A stretch of DNA of 63,449 nt, filler included, from Globobulimina sp. (taxonomy: Eukaryota): assembly GCA_003354225.1 (NCBI GenBank). It is 30 parts of 30 records of this genome, joined end to end, with 100 filler letters (N's around TTAATTAATTAA, not from the genome) between each part and the next. Parts side by side here need not be neighbours in the genome. Positions count along the whole stretch, not along the records: positions 1 to 2,020 come from PIVH01009690.1; positions 2,121 to 4,139 come from PIVH01009691.1; positions 4,240 to 6,258 come from PIVH01009692.1; positions 6,359 to 8,377 come from PIVH01009693.1; positions 8,478 to 10,496 come from PIVH01009694.1; positions 10,597 to 12,615 come from PIVH01009695.1; 24 more parts are not named here. One strand, given 5' to 3'. The notes below the pieces were generated by a model, which searched no databases, was not told the origin of the DNA, and was given only the letters and a program-made list of their open reading frames with translations. A program made the translations under genes and the position numbers. Each line of letters begins with the position of its first letter. Position 1 is the stretch's first letter. Below are positions 1-12,715 of the stretch, in pieces.

Positions 1-836
1 ATAGAGGATGTTTCTGCGGAAGAGGGTCGCACCAAATATTTCAATTTGAAACGTCGGGAGAGGTCGATCAAAATACTGTGTTGAATATCAATTCAACGCA
101 AGGATGTGTATATGTGTACGTGTCATATTGTAGTCAATATCCATCCTATTATGTGAATGATGTCCAGTTTACTTCATGTGGGCAACCCTTCAAACAGGTT
201 ATTTGTGCATATTTTATATATATATATAATCTATTTTCTTTCTTATAATCTATTTTATACAGATTGTATTATCACCAACACTGCAAAATTGCAGTGAATA
301 TGAAGGAGATAGAAGGCGTTTACAAGCAATTTCAGGGTCAGAGTCAGAGTCAGAGTCAGACACTGTTTTTGTAGGTATGGAAGGACGTGGTACATATTCA
401 AAAATTTTTTATTTTTTTCCCAAAATATGTTTATTGATTAAATCAGTTAACTTTCTGTTCCATTCACAGTTATTCACTTATTCTCATTTGATTAACTGGT
501 TAGTTGTTCTTTTTCATCATTAATATGATTACCACCAAATGTATATTATCTGTCGCTTATACCATTCACCGTCGCCAACCCTTGTTTTCCTTCCTACACA
601 ATACTAGTATTGGTCGATGAAAAGAACAGTTTTTTAGTTGTAGTCATCTAACTGAACTGAACTGAACTGAGATCCTAGCAAACCTACAGACTGAATCTTA
701 TTAACGTTTCATATCTATGAATGATCTCTTTGCACACAAAATTGCAAGAAAAGCAAACACAAAATAATATGCACGAACAAAATCACAAACAATGAAACAA
801 AAACAAACACAAAAGCGAATTCATAGATATACCCAA

Positions 837-2020
837 TTAATACTCATCATCATCATCGTAATCAGCATATCTATCCGCATAATTATAGTGTGCATTTTGA
901 AAATGATAATTATCTGAGTTATCGTCCATAATACCGAGCCTATTCTGTGGTGTTTTTGCCCGTTGAGGCTGAGGCTGATTTTGTTGTTGTATTCGCGGCG
1001 ATCTTTCTTCATCAATCTCCAACTGCACACTTTCATTCTTTTGGTGCTTCTTCTTATAATTATTAGTATTGTCCATTGGTAATTCATTAAAATCAGAAGA
1101 TACAACCGCAACAATATCGGTTGGACCGGATTTATTATTAAACCGCCCACTAAATGGCGTTATTGTGGGTATGCTGTTATTGGTCGTATTTGTCATTGAT
1201 TTGGATTTGGAAATATCGATCTCCTCATTATCGAAGCGACGTTTTTTATGTTTTTTACGTGTTATATTTCTTGGACTTAAATGATGATTTTTTTTATAGT
1301 CAGTATTCAATTTATATGCATCTGCTGTTTGTTCCTTACGTTCATCGATCGCGAAATTATAATCTTGCACATGTACCGATGTCGGAACGCGTACATTTGA
1401 CTTATTGCTCGTTTTTCTTTTATTTTCGGTCTCTTTCTGTTGCTGTTTTTGTTTTTGTTGCTCATCATACAAAGAAAGGTATTGTTTTTTAATTTTCTCT
1501 GTTCTTTTAACCACGGATTATAAATCCATTTGATATAAAACATAAAATATTCAAATGGATAAATAATATTTATAATCCCAATAATGGTTAAACTGACATT
1601 GAATTTGGAATTTTCAACAATATGCTGGTGATAATAAATGATATTCTGTGAGTTGAGGAAATATTTTGTGATTGGAGTGGTAAATATTGTCATGACCGCA
1701 ATGGGATATGGAAATGGCACGAACCGCATGATCTATTCCATTTGAATACAAATAATAACAAAGACATTGACGGATGATAGGAGGGTAAGAATATATTATT
1801 TGGGATTGGGATTGCAATCAATAATAAAAGACCCACCAAGCCGTTGATTATGTTATTGTTTATTAAGAAATCAATGATAATGAACATTAATATGTGGATA
1901 AATAATGATGAATATACTATTATTTGTGTTAATTTATTGTAATAATTTGATGCAAAAGTTTATTAAATCTGTTTTTATTTACTTGGATGTGATCGCGATT
2001 AAAATATGCCATGCAATTAT
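837..2020 (-). pseudogene. Frameshifted multi-pass membrane protein with low-complexity C-terminal tail
   Basis: Hydrophobic segments hop between overlapping minus-strand frames (1690-1887, 1307-1729) and then into the K/N/Q-rich 837-1514 frame, with no introns at the switches. Confidence 0.4.
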
Positions 2021-2120
2021 NNNNNNNNNNNNNNNNNNNNNNNNNNNNNNNNNNNNNNNNNNNNTTAATTAATTAANNNNNNNNNNNNNNNNNNNNNNNN
2101 NNNNNNNNNNNNNNNNNNNN
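2021..2120. other. Artificial contig-joining spacer (first of 29)
   Basis: N44-TTAATTAATTAA-N44, with stops in all six frames, recurs every ~2118 nt; contig lengths fall monotonically from 2020 to 2017 nt. Confidence 0.98.
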
Positions 2121-4139
2121 TGGGCTTTATAACGTGGATAATCAAAAAGAATGCTTTTGTTAAATTCCATACATGCAAAATGGGTGAATCCATGCTAAGC
2201 GAAGAAGTAACAACGCAAAACATGCAGTGGTATTTAAAATGTTTCCCAAATGGTTCTAAGCATAAATTTGAAGGATGGGTCGGCTTATCATTAACATTGA
2301 AAAAAACATCCATAGCGTCAAATATCACCAACGTATTGGTACGATATTATTTATATGAGTCACAGTCTTCGTCCATCTCGCGGGGCATAGCACGATTTAA
2401 TAAAAATAACAGCGTTCAGGAACTACAAAAAGATAAAACGATAATTAACGAATTGGGCTACGCCAAATCAAATGGTACCAACTATTTAGTTGAGGTAGAT
2501 TCGTTGAAAAAATACGATATTATTATCTTAAAATGTGAATTTGAAATAATTCGAATGTATAAATTAAACAAATTAATATATGGCTATCCATTAAAATTAA
2601 ATAAAATCATCTCATATCAATGGAACATCTCAAATAAGCATTTGGATAAATTTAAAATTACACAAAATCCATATACAAGGTTATACTCACAAGAGTTCAA
2701 TGTGTGGAATTTAGTATTAGTGCCTTCTGCGACGACTTATAATTCCAAAGGGAATATTTCATTGAGATTAAGGTAAGTCACGCATTTAACTCAAGTAAAG
2801 TTTTTTTTTTTATACTTTGAATAATGTGCTCACTTCAAAGATGACCTTAAAATCACTGCTCAATGCTTTCAGTTTCTGCCCAAATCATGATATTCCACAC
2901 CAAATAATTCCCTTTGAGTGCAAGGATTGGGTCGTAATTGAAATCCCGTTTCTGTACTTTTTCTTCTTCCAACTTAAGGTTATATGAGTTGCCGCCGATA
3001 GTCTCATCAATACGCATAATCGTAGTCTTATCATGCAAACAGTTTAGCAAATCGTGGACGAGTATCGCCAAGATCTCGTACGAGCAGCCATGGATTGCGT
3101 GGCCAGCCAACACATTGAAAAAATCGACGGTTGAGGAGAGAATATTCGATGAGAAAAGAAATAATGTTCAGCACGGCATCAATGTGTTGACTTTTGAGTG
3201 TAAGATTGAGATTTTGTCCATAACCTTATATAAATTGCAGCAAATCCACAATTTATGCATAAAAGAGTCCGATTCCAAATATAAACACATTTGGAATAAG
3301 TTTATCATGGACGACAATAATATTTTTATGCGCGCCGGAAACGAGAATGAAAGCAAAATGGATGAGCATGACATGAATGATATGAATGATTATTACCAAC
3401 AGTTAGAAGACGACGATGAATATTTAATTTGCAAAAAAGAGGACTTTATTCGGCAAAACATATTGAAATCATTGGATTTGAATGATCCGAAACAGAAAAA
3501 GTATTTAATGGCCAAATACCATTCGATGCAGGAAAATATCCGCATTTTACGCAAAGAAAAAGAGAAAAACACTAAGATGTTAAAGCAATTGCAGTCAATG
3601 TGTGTGAGCATGCAAAAAAACCTAAAATCGATGCAACGGCAAATTGACGGAGTGAGCAAGAAAAAGTTGAAAGATGACGACAACGAATTATTTATCAAAC
3701 GGCTAAAAAAAGAAAAAGCAAAAAGAAACAAAGAGAAGAAAAGGAAGAAGAAATCGAGCAAAGACCTCACCAAAACGGACGAGAAAGAGAAGGAGAAAGA
3801 GTCTGAGAAAGCGGATGCGGCGAAAAGTATAAATAAGCCGAGTCCGGCCACTCCGAAAGCGGTCAAAAAGAAGGGTTTGAGCGCAAAACAGCAGTTATTC
3901 AAAACGTGGATGGATATGGTGGTGAATTTGCCGCAGTATTTTGAGTTATTTGTGGATTCGGGCTATGAGGATTTGACCTATGTGGAAAATATGCAATTGA
4001 CGGAACAGGATTTGATCCAAATTGGTATTCAGAAAAGGGGGCATCGACAAAAAATATTGCAGGAAATTAAGAAAATGAAACCAAAGAAAAAAGATGAGAG
4101 TAATGAACAGAATGCGAATAATATGGATATGGCATTTAC
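2121..4139 (+). CDS. MATH/TRAF-like domains + coiled coil + SAM domain protein (partial, spliced)
   Basis: MATH-like WYLKCFPNG..GWVGLSL and WNLVLVP..GNISLRL; GT-AG intron 2773-2978 keeps frame (LR/LYELPP); C-terminal SAM pattern W..VVNLPQYFELFVDSGYE...LIQIGIQKRGHRQKIL. Confidence 0.75.
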
Positions 4140-4570
4140 NNNNNNNNNNNNNNNNNNNNNNNNNNNNNNNNNNNNNNNNNNNNTTAATTAATTAANNNNN
4201 NNNNNNNNNNNNNNNNNNNNNNNNNNNNNNNNNNNNNNNACATAAGGAACGCCATCTGTATGGAGGGCCATTACAAACAGGATATAAAAACAACCAGTTG
4301 TCATCCAAATCATTACCAGAAAAGAAATCATCTCGTTTACGTTTACGTCTTTCCGGTGTGAATGTTGTCATTTTTTAGGTTACAGTGTTAGTATTTTAAG
4401 CTAAACGGAAAAACATTCTGTATTTTGTATACAGCGCCTTTTGAGCGGACTTTTTGCGCGAACAAAATATTTCATTTAAGCTGTTTTTAATCTTTAAAGT
4501 GATCGGATTTTGTCTGTTTTGAATGCAAGATTATATTTAAGAAATTTAAGCTTATGTTTTTGGATTGTTT

Positions 4571-5470
4571 TTATTTTGGTTCATGAATATACTTTTCATA
4601 TTCCATCTCAACACCATAAATTTTAAAGAAATCGCAATATTTCCGCATACTCTCCTTTTCAACGGGTGGTCCAATTGATTTACCATGATACAATAACTTA
4701 CCATCATTATCTTTTTTTGCATTCAATGCCAACATCCATTCACATGTTTTTTCAGCCCATTCATCACCATTTTCAACATTTTTTTGTTTTGCAGCTTGTT
4801 CTGCAAACGAGCCTTTTAACATTGATGTATTCACAAAGCCAGGGCTTAAGCAACAAGCTAATATCTCATTATCTGGATTCATATCAACTAACTCTTTGGC
4901 AAGACATTGGGTCAACCCTTCGATTGCAAATTTGCTGGAACAATATGGTGTGCCACCGGCATATCCCTGCCGTCCAGCCCACGATGATATATTTACTACC
5001 ATTCCACGATTGATTTCCCTCATTTTTGGCACGAACAATTTTATCATCAATGCACAACCGACCACATGTATTGACAATGAAGTCATTAAATCTTTTATAT
5101 TCAACTCCCATGTGTCTTTATTACATCCTATGACGGAGCCTGCATTATGTATTAATACGGAAGGAATGCCATACTTTGCTATTATTAATTCGCTCCATTC
5201 TGTCACTTCTTTTTCATTACAAATATCTAAGTTTGTTAGTAATACTTCATCTGCGATCTTCAATTCTTTCCTTAATTCTATAATGTTACCTTTTCTTCTC
5301 CCAAAGCCTGCAACAATATGCCCCATTTTTGTAAATTTACGAAGCATTCCAGCACCGATTCCTGATGTTACACCACTGATAATAATCAATTGTTTTTTGG
5401 TGCTTGTGTTATCATCGGATTTCTCTTCTTTTTTTGTGTCATCCTGTTTTAGTTCGGGAGAGCTTGCCAT
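4571..5470 (-). CDS. Classical short-chain dehydrogenase/reductase
   Basis: SGVTSGIG Rossmann motif, HNAG, NISS, catalytic YCSSK, PGFVNT; likely ATG at 5470 (MASSPELK). Confidence 0.93.
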   Translation of the reverse strand: MASSPELKQDDTKKEEKSDDNTSTKKQLIIISGVTSGIGAGMLRKFTKMGHIVAGFGRRKGNIIELRKELKIADEVLLTNLDICNEKEVTEWSELIIAKYGIPSVLIHNAGSVIGCNKDTWELNIKDLMTSLSIHVVGCALMIKLFVPKMREINRGMVVNISSWAGRQGYAGGTPYCSSKFAIEGLTQCLAKELVDMNPDNEILACCLSPGFVNTSMLKGSFAEQAAKQKNVENGDEWAEKTCEWMLALNAKKDNDGKLLYHGKSIGPPVEKESMRKYCDFFKIYGVEMEYEKYIHEPK

Positions 5471-5627
5471 ATTGTAAGTAGCGAAAATGTGTTGATGAAA
5501 GTTTGAAAAAGTGCTTAAGAAAATCAAGTCAAAATTATGCAATAATTATAAGATCTAGAACAGCTTTACAATCTACATATTAGTACATAACATCAGTATT
5601 ATTACAATTAAATAATGTTGCTTTAGT

Positions 5628-6173
5628 TTATAACAATGTTTCATAGCCAGTTTTGTGCTGTTTCCATACTAAGACCATTGCAGATAAAAAAACAAATATA
5701 GCAATTATGGGCAGAATGATCGAACCTCCTAAATATCTCTTATCCCAATTTGGATCAAAACATACTTTTGTAACTTGTCCAATAGCAATCCATGTGCTTA
5801 CTGCAATAATACAACAAATTGCACAAATTAGAAACAAAAATCGTATGTACTGTTGAATGAGGTTATTAATGACATTTACAAATACTCCCAAAACAGCGAT
5901 GAATGCGGTAATGATTGTAAATATTAAACATATTAAATACACCAAGCCAGCGTCGCGAGTACGACATAAATCTTGCAAAGTATGACATCCTTGCTGGAAA
6001 TTATCGTGTATGCAATCTGGTGCACATATTTCTATTCTTTTCCACGTACATTTTGTGTCTATATCTCTTGTGTCTTGTCCTGATAAATTATTTATGAACA
6101 AAGCCATTAACACCATCAATAATCCAAGCATGCCGATTATTCCTCCAACTTGGCCTCTATTGGCACCACCCAT
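5628..6173 (-). CDS. Four-TM claudin/amastin-like membrane protein
   Basis: 181 aa with four hydrophobic helices, Cys-rich first extracellular loop (W..C..C), and a C-terminal YETLL sorting-like motif. Confidence 0.6.
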   Translation of the reverse strand: MGGANRGQVGGIIGMLGLLMVLMALFINNLSGQDTRDIDTKCTWKRIEICAPDCIHDNFQQGCHTLQDLCRTRDAGLVYLICLIFTIITAFIAVLGVFVNVINNLIQQYIRFLFLICAICCIIAVSTWIAIGQVTKVCFDPNWDKRYLGGSIILPIIAIFVFLSAMVLVWKQHKTGYETLL

Positions 6174-6358
6174 GGTTTAGCTGCAGAACATTTTCAAGAA
6201 ATTTGCCACTAACTCTCCTGGCACACAATTTTTTCCTGAGATTAGGAGATTTATTTGANNNNNNNNNNNNNNNNNNNNNNNNNNNNNNNNNNNNNNNNNN
6301 NNTTAATTAATTAANNNNNNNNNNNNNNNNNNNNNNNNNNNNNNNNNNNNNNNNNNNN

Positions 6359-6690
6359 GCACTACACACAAACACAGTTGCATTGTTTGTTGTACATGTA
6401 CATATGTGTTGTCCTTATACGTTCTGGCGTTGCTGCGTATACAATTTAGCTAGGTGCATGAACTAAACGTACATGTATTTACACTAAGGGCCGATTGGCT
6501 ATCTATCGTAAGCTACATTGTAATAATAGCTTTTAGTAGCGTCTGTTAAGAAGCCTTAGCGTTTATTCGATTTTGATGATTCACGTTTGTAGACTGTTTT
6601 GGTTTGGTTGCGTAACGTCGTAATAATACTGGCTTTATATAACTTTAATAAAGAGTTGCGCTTAAAGGACAATTGTTAAAAGTCGTAACA
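6359..6690 (+). repeat. Probable 5' LTR (truncated at contig start) of the copia element
   Basis: Non-coding region with TATA-like TTTATATAA (~6634) and AATAAA (6647-6652), ending in ACA at 6690 just before a PBS-like motif; second LTR not present in the contig. Confidence 0.5.
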
Positions 6691-6692
6691 AT

Positions 6693-6704
6693 TGATTCGA
6701 AGTC
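6693..6704 (+). promoter_or_regulatory. Candidate primer-binding site complementary to the anticodon arm of tRNA-Arg(UCG)
   Basis: TGATTCGAAGTC is the reverse complement of GACTTCGAATCA; it lies 2 nt after the putative LTR-terminal CA and 40 nt before the gag ATG. Confidence 0.55.
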
Positions 6705-6743
6705 CAAACTGCGTCTAAGCCTTGATTGTTAATGTATTATTAA

Positions 6744-8377
6744 ATGGCTTTCAAAGAAGAAAAACCAAATTTCAAATTGCTCAAAGGAGAGGAGAATTAT
6801 CCCCTGTGGTCTGCTCATATGAGAGATTATTTTGCTGCTAATGACATGTGGGATATTGTTGAAGAAATAGAAACAGCTCCTGCTCCCCCTGCCCCTTTGC
6901 CCGAAAATCCGACTGATGCTCAAAAGAAGGATTTTGAAAAGGAAAAGAGTGTGGCAAAGGACTTTCGTTTGCGTGCAGCTAAAGCCAAATTTTACATTAA
7001 TCAGATGGTCCAGGAGAACATTCAGTATTTGATTGTCAAGCCCGAAATCGACACTGCCAAGAAAGCATGGGACGTTTTGCGGGAACAGTTCCAGAAAGAC
7101 ACAGTTACTAATCGGATGCAGCTGATGTCTAAACTGTTTCAATTGCGTCAAAAGGAAGGACAGTCGGTCGATGAGTATTTCAAGGAATTTGACAATTTGA
7201 ATGGACGTCTGAAAGCTCTCAACTATACCCTCCCAGATGGCACTGACCCAGTTCTTATTATGAATGGACTGTTGCCCAAATTTGAGACTATCAAGGTATT
7301 TTATCAAACGAAGGGAGATGTGACTGTGCCTGTGTTATTAGAAGCATTGCGTCAACATGAGGATAGTCACCCTCAACTCTCAAAGTCGTCCAACCATGAT
7401 TCATTGTTGACTGTATCTGGGCATGGTGCGGCAGGTGGCAAAAAAGGCAGTTGTTATAATTGTGGAGAGAAGGGACATTTTGCCAGGGAATGTCCAAAAA
7501 GCCAAGGTCAACCAGACAGTTCCAATTTTCAAAGAGGAAGAGGTAACTGGGGTCGTGGCAGAGGCAGATTCAATCGAGGTCGTGGTAACTATAATCAAGT
7601 TGTCAACTCAGAAGACATGAATTCTGCTCAATCGGATCAAGGAGGAGCGACCAAAGGACCAGACTGGACTTTTACTGTTATGGACATCTCTGCTCTGCAG
7701 ACAGTTATTACAGACACTGGAGTCAAATCTGAACGAACCTTCATCATGGATACTGGGTGCACTGGACACATGGTCAATGACTCTGATCTGTTCAACTTCT
7801 ACAAGGAACTGGATGCACCTCAGCCGATTATTCTTGGTGATGGACATAAATGCAATGCTATTGGTAGTGGTCAGGTACAAGTGTGTATTCTAACTAATGG
7901 TGTTGAACAATACTGTACATTGTCAAATGTGTTGTATGCGCCTGATTTGTCTGCTAATATTATTTCGATTGCTGCACTTACTAAGAACGGTCATAGGGTT
8001 ATTTTTCATGCTAGTGGTTGTGATGTGTTAGGGCATTATAAGGGTACTGAACATGTTATTGCTAGTGGTTATTTGTCAAATAATATGTACTTGCTCAATT
8101 GTTCTGTGCAAAAAATGTCAAATGCTGTTTATGCAAATGTTACAACCATGCAAAGCAATACACTACAGTTGTGGCACAACCGTCTTGGTCACTGTGGAAC
8201 CCGACGACTCCAAGAAGCTGTTCAGAAAGGTCATGTCATTGGTGTGTCTGGGTCGATGAAAGGAGAATTGCCATTCTGTGAAAGCTGTGCACAAGGCAAG
8301 CTGCGAGTGGCGTCATTTCCAATTCTGGAAAGTCCTCGGACCGGTCGACCACTGGAACTGGTACACTCAGATGTTTG
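6744..8377 (+). mobile_element. Ty1/copia LTR retrotransposon gag-protease-integrase polyprotein (3' truncated)
   Basis: Gag N-terminus ENYPLWSAHM; CCHC knuckle CYNCGEKGHFAREC; protease MDTGCTGHM; integrase zinc finger LWHNRLGH...CESCAQGK, then LELVHSDV; copia domain order in one open frame. Confidence 0.96.
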
Positions 8378-8477
8378 NNNNNNNNNNNNNNNNNNNNNNN
8401 NNNNNNNNNNNNNNNNNNNNNTTAATTAATTAANNNNNNNNNNNNNNNNNNNNNNNNNNNNNNNNNNNNNNNNNNNN

Positions 8478-10496
8478 CAGATACAAATAGTTTTTCCGAC
8501 GCTGAATCATCCGTTGGTAGTGATGGATTATTCGATGACACAATCACAACGAATTCAGCTGTGGAAGCTGACCATGCGGTGCTAACCCGAATGGATACCA
8601 TCAGCAAAGCCAAACATTTATCCACTTTTGAAAGACAAATGAACAAATCATCAGCATACAGCAACACATCACGTTTTGGCGCAGTTCACCCATCGTCGAA
8701 TATGGGCTTTCATTCTAACCATAGACCATCAAACAACGCCGCACAACGTCGGTACAGCAAAGACCTCCGACATTCATTTTTGACGCAAATCTCAGACGAC
8801 AAGGAACAGCAAAGAGTGGTTAGCAAATTGCAAGAAATGCAGAAATCCGGCAATAAAGTGTTAAATACATTGACTGCAGTCTTTGGTGGTGGCAACGATG
8901 CGAATCGGAACTGGCATCGCGACGACGGGCCGAAAGATGTAAAGCAGATATTGCGGGAAGCCGAAGCAGATCAAAAGTACAAGAAATTGAAGCGAAATTC
9001 ACGAATTATAATCCAGATTAGCAGGGACACCGCCGCTGTGCTGCCACGCACAATAATTCATCCAGAGACTGAATGGAGATCCTGGTGGGATGTGTTTATG
9101 TTAGTTTTGGTGTCGTATTACGCGATCATAACGCCTATAAATATCGCGTTTGATAAGTCGCCATTCAATATCATGGCATTGGAGATCATCTTCAACGCCT
9201 TTTTTGTGATGGATATTATATTACAATTCTTCACATCGTACAAACACAACAAAGGACAAAATGCGGGAAGATTAGAAACGTCGCATACGAAGATCATCTA
9301 TAACTATCTGAAAGGCTGGTTTTTGATCGATGTCTTGGCCTCGTTCCCGATCGATATTATTTTAACAGCACTGACTGGCGAGTCTGGCGGTGCTACACTC
9401 AACAGATTGTTGCGTTTAATTCGAAGTGTCAAATTAATGCGGATCTTGCGGATGAGTCGGATATGGAAAAGGTTATTAGTTCGAGCGCGATTGAATCCGT
9501 CCATTGTGCGCTTGGTGAAGTTATTTGGTTTCTTATTGATTGAATGGCATTGGATTGGTTGCACGTATTGGGCCATTGCAGTCAGTGAGGGATTCAACGA
9601 CGACAACGACGGCGACTCGTGGACGCCGAACATCTTTGTGGACGAATTCTCGTTTGGTTCGCAATACGTTCGTGCTTATTTTTGGGCGGTGATGGTGACG
9701 ACGGGAGTGGGCAAAGACATTATTCCCACCACAGACGCTCAGTTTATATTTACGACCGCAGCCATCATTGTGGGGGTTTTGATGTATGCGCTGATTGTCG
9801 GCAGTGTGGGCACCGCCTTGTCGTCGATAGATACGCCGGACTCGCAGCGGAGGCGCAGAATGGACGCGGTTCGCGAATATCTGCGGCAGAGAGAGATCAG
9901 CGAGGAGCTGACGGAGAAAGTGCTCAATTATTACGATTACTGCTATACACGGCACATCTCGCAACACGACGAGGCCATATTAGAGGACATCCACTCCGCT
10001 TTGAAGGAGAAGTTGGACTTGGAAATGAACCAGCAATTATTGCAAAAAGTGCCGCGCTTCAAACAGTTACCCGACCAATTACTGCTAATTCTGATTCATT
10101 CGCTCATTTCGCGCATATATCTGCCCAATGAGTTGGTGTATATGATCGGCGAAAGAGCGTCGGAAATGTTTTTCGTTGCACGCGGCGATTTGGAGGAACT
10201 GACTTCTTGCGGCGACACAAAGTGCTTCTTGTCTGACGGCGCTTCGTTTGGCGATCAACTGTTTCAGTCCAGCAATGCCCGCAGGATTTCCACTGTCCGC
10301 TGCATTACGCATTGCGAGCTGTTGATTTTGACCAAATTGTCATTGCGCAAAATCATGAAATTGTTCCCCGAGTTCGCGATGATGGTTCAAAAATGGTCTG
10401 GACAGCAAAAATGGCAATCACTCCGTGGCTGGGAAAGGGTGCAATACGCCGTGAAAACGACCAGAATGATGAAGAAAATGGGGGCTGCGGTGAGAT
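8478..10496 (+). CDS. Cyclic-nucleotide-binding-domain 6TM cation channel (CNG/HCN/EAG-like), partial
   Basis: IIHPET..WD start of S1, S4 RLLRLIRSVKLMRILRMSR, HWIGC, pore helix YFWAVMVTTGVGKDIIP, C-linker, and CNBD FGD...RRISTVRCITHCEL. Confidence 0.92.
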
Positions 10497-10596
10497 NNNN
10501 NNNNNNNNNNNNNNNNNNNNNNNNNNNNNNNNNNNNNNNNTTAATTAATTAANNNNNNNNNNNNNNNNNNNNNNNNNNNNNNNNNNNNNNNNNNNN

Positions 10597-12024
10597 CATA
10601 ATGTTGCGAAATGCTCTTATTTATATTATAAATCTCACTCGATATCTCCTCCCAATTACCAACACCTATTTTTCCTTCAATCTCTTGCATATTCTTGTCA
10701 TGCATCAATTTAATTAAACCAATATCCACTTTTACCTCATTGATAGCATCATATACCCCATCACTCTCATCATTTGCTTCAATTTCCTTAATTACGATTA
10801 TTTACATACAATATCAGTGTAACACATATAAAATACCTTAATTCTGCAGCCCAACACATCAAATTCCTCGGCAACATCTCGCATATTTGCATCCGCCGTG
10901 GCTTTGATTACCGCAATCTCACCATTCAACACCTCCAAATTCTCGGCAATATCCTGCATATTCCCATCCGTCATCGCCTTAATACCAATAATCTCACTAT
11001 CCAACCTCTCAAAATCCTGCCCAACGTCACCACCGCGGCCCGCAATGGCGAGTTTAGCCTCAATCTCATCCATATTCTTGTCGTGCATCAATTTAATTAA
11101 ACCAATGTCTACTTTTACGCCGTGGATCGCAGCATTTATGCCATCCATCTCATCATTAGCCGTAACGCGCGAGGTCAACGCCTCAAACTTGTCCGCAATT
11201 TCTTGCATATTCTCATCCACCGCGGATTTGACCACATTAACCTCACCGTGTAATGCCAATAAACTGCCGGCGATATCATGCATATTGCCATCCGTTAAGG
11301 ATTTAACATCGTTAATGTCGCCGGTCAATGCTAACATATCTTGCGTATTCGCAGCGGTTAAACCACGGAGTTCGGCAATTTCAGCGCGATAATTAGATGC
11401 TTCTGCGGTGCCAGTACCGGTCCCGGATAATTCTGCGAAATTCGCGTCCGTGACGGCTTTGATAGTGCCAATTTCATTCATCATTTGATTTTGCGCGATA
11501 TCAAGTAAACCAACATTCACTTTGACCGCTGAGATGTCGTTATTTAGGGCATCCGTGTCATTATCGGCGGCGATTTGGGTAATTTGCGAGGTTAAAGAAG
11601 CAAATTGTTGCTCAATGCCATGCATATTTGCATCTGAGGTGGATTGCAATGCGCTGATTTGGGCAGAGAAGCCATCAAATGTTTGTTGGATATGACTCAT
11701 ATTTTCGTCTGAAGTGGATTTAATAGCCGTCATGTCGGCGGTTAATGCGTCAAAAGTGTCGGGCTGAGAGGGTACGGTATCTGTTGCGGTTATGGGTGCA
11801 GATAAAGTCGTTTCTAATTGGCGTAATCTGTTGGCTAAGTCATTGGGAATGGAGGCAGTGGTCGCGGCTGAATTTAATTTCTCGAGCGCTTTGGTGACGG
11901 AGGTATCCATTACGGTCAATCTTTTATCGATCCATATGTACCCAATTAAACCGAAAGTGAAAAGACCAACCGGTTGGAATACGGCTGGACGGAGCAATAT
12001 TTCATAGGCACGTGAAGCCGACAT
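10597..12024 (-). CDS. N-anchored coiled-coil repeat protein (3' truncated, spliced)
   Basis: N-terminal TM segment, then repeated D.NM..I...F..L amphipathic units; intron ~10787-10836 links to an exon repeating VKVDIGLIKLMHDKNM. Confidence 0.7.
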
Positions 12025-12228
12025 GTTTTAGTGTTGTTTGTAGGTAGTTTTTAAAAAACCGTCAATATCATTCTCGATCTCAGCTCTCAAAATCAAAATC
12101 AATTGTTCCGCAACAGAATTTGAGCCGTACGTATTTAATTTTGTACGTGGAACACTTGTATAAGACTCGGAATTTGAACTTCGACTTTTCGTTTCAGAAC
12201 GGAGTACATAAAAAGATGCGGAATTAGA

Positions 12229-12324
12229 AAATGTACATAGTGGGAAATGTAAATGTACGTAGTGGTAAATGTACATAGTGAGAAATGTACATAGTGGGAA
12301 ATGTACACAGTGGGAAATGTACAC
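12229..12324. repeat. 16-bp tandem repeat (AAATGTACATAGTGGG, ~6 degenerate copies)
   Basis: Directly visible tandem units upstream of the 12024 gene. Confidence 0.85.
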
Positions 12325-12715
12325 AATAAGTTACTGAGTGGATAAATCATATAATTCATATCAGTTTTCGTTTTTATTCTCTGCTGTCTGTGCATTTGCA
12401 TTTGTTGATGTCTGCAATGTGGTGAGTTCGACAGAAACCGACTGCACTTCCAAATTATCCTCAAATTTCCGCATGACATAATTATAGCAACAACAGAGTT
12501 TACAACAAACTCTGCATTCTTTAAATTGCAAATTGATGCTGAATGCGTTGAAAAAAACATCATAACAAATGATGGTTTGATGCATTACATAGAGATGTTT
12601 CGAGTCAATATTCAANNNNNNNNNNNNNNNNNNNNNNNNNNNNNNNNNNNNNNNNNNNNTTAATTAATTAANNNNNNNNNNNNNNNNNNNNNNNNNNNNN
12701 NNNNNNNNNNNNNNN

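Noticed and set aside
337-670. (CAGAGT)n and (AACTG)n short repeats
   Set aside because: Ordinary microsatellites with too few copies; not telomeric.
8710-10312. Many antisense and alternate-frame ORFs over the channel gene (similarly over CLC, DDX46, SDR, CNNM)
   Set aside because: Shadow ORFs of GC-richer coding sequence with no recognisable motifs.
12229-12324. 16-bp repeats as a possible CRISPR array
   Set aside because: Units are contiguous with no unique spacers, there are no cas genes, and the context is eukaryotic.
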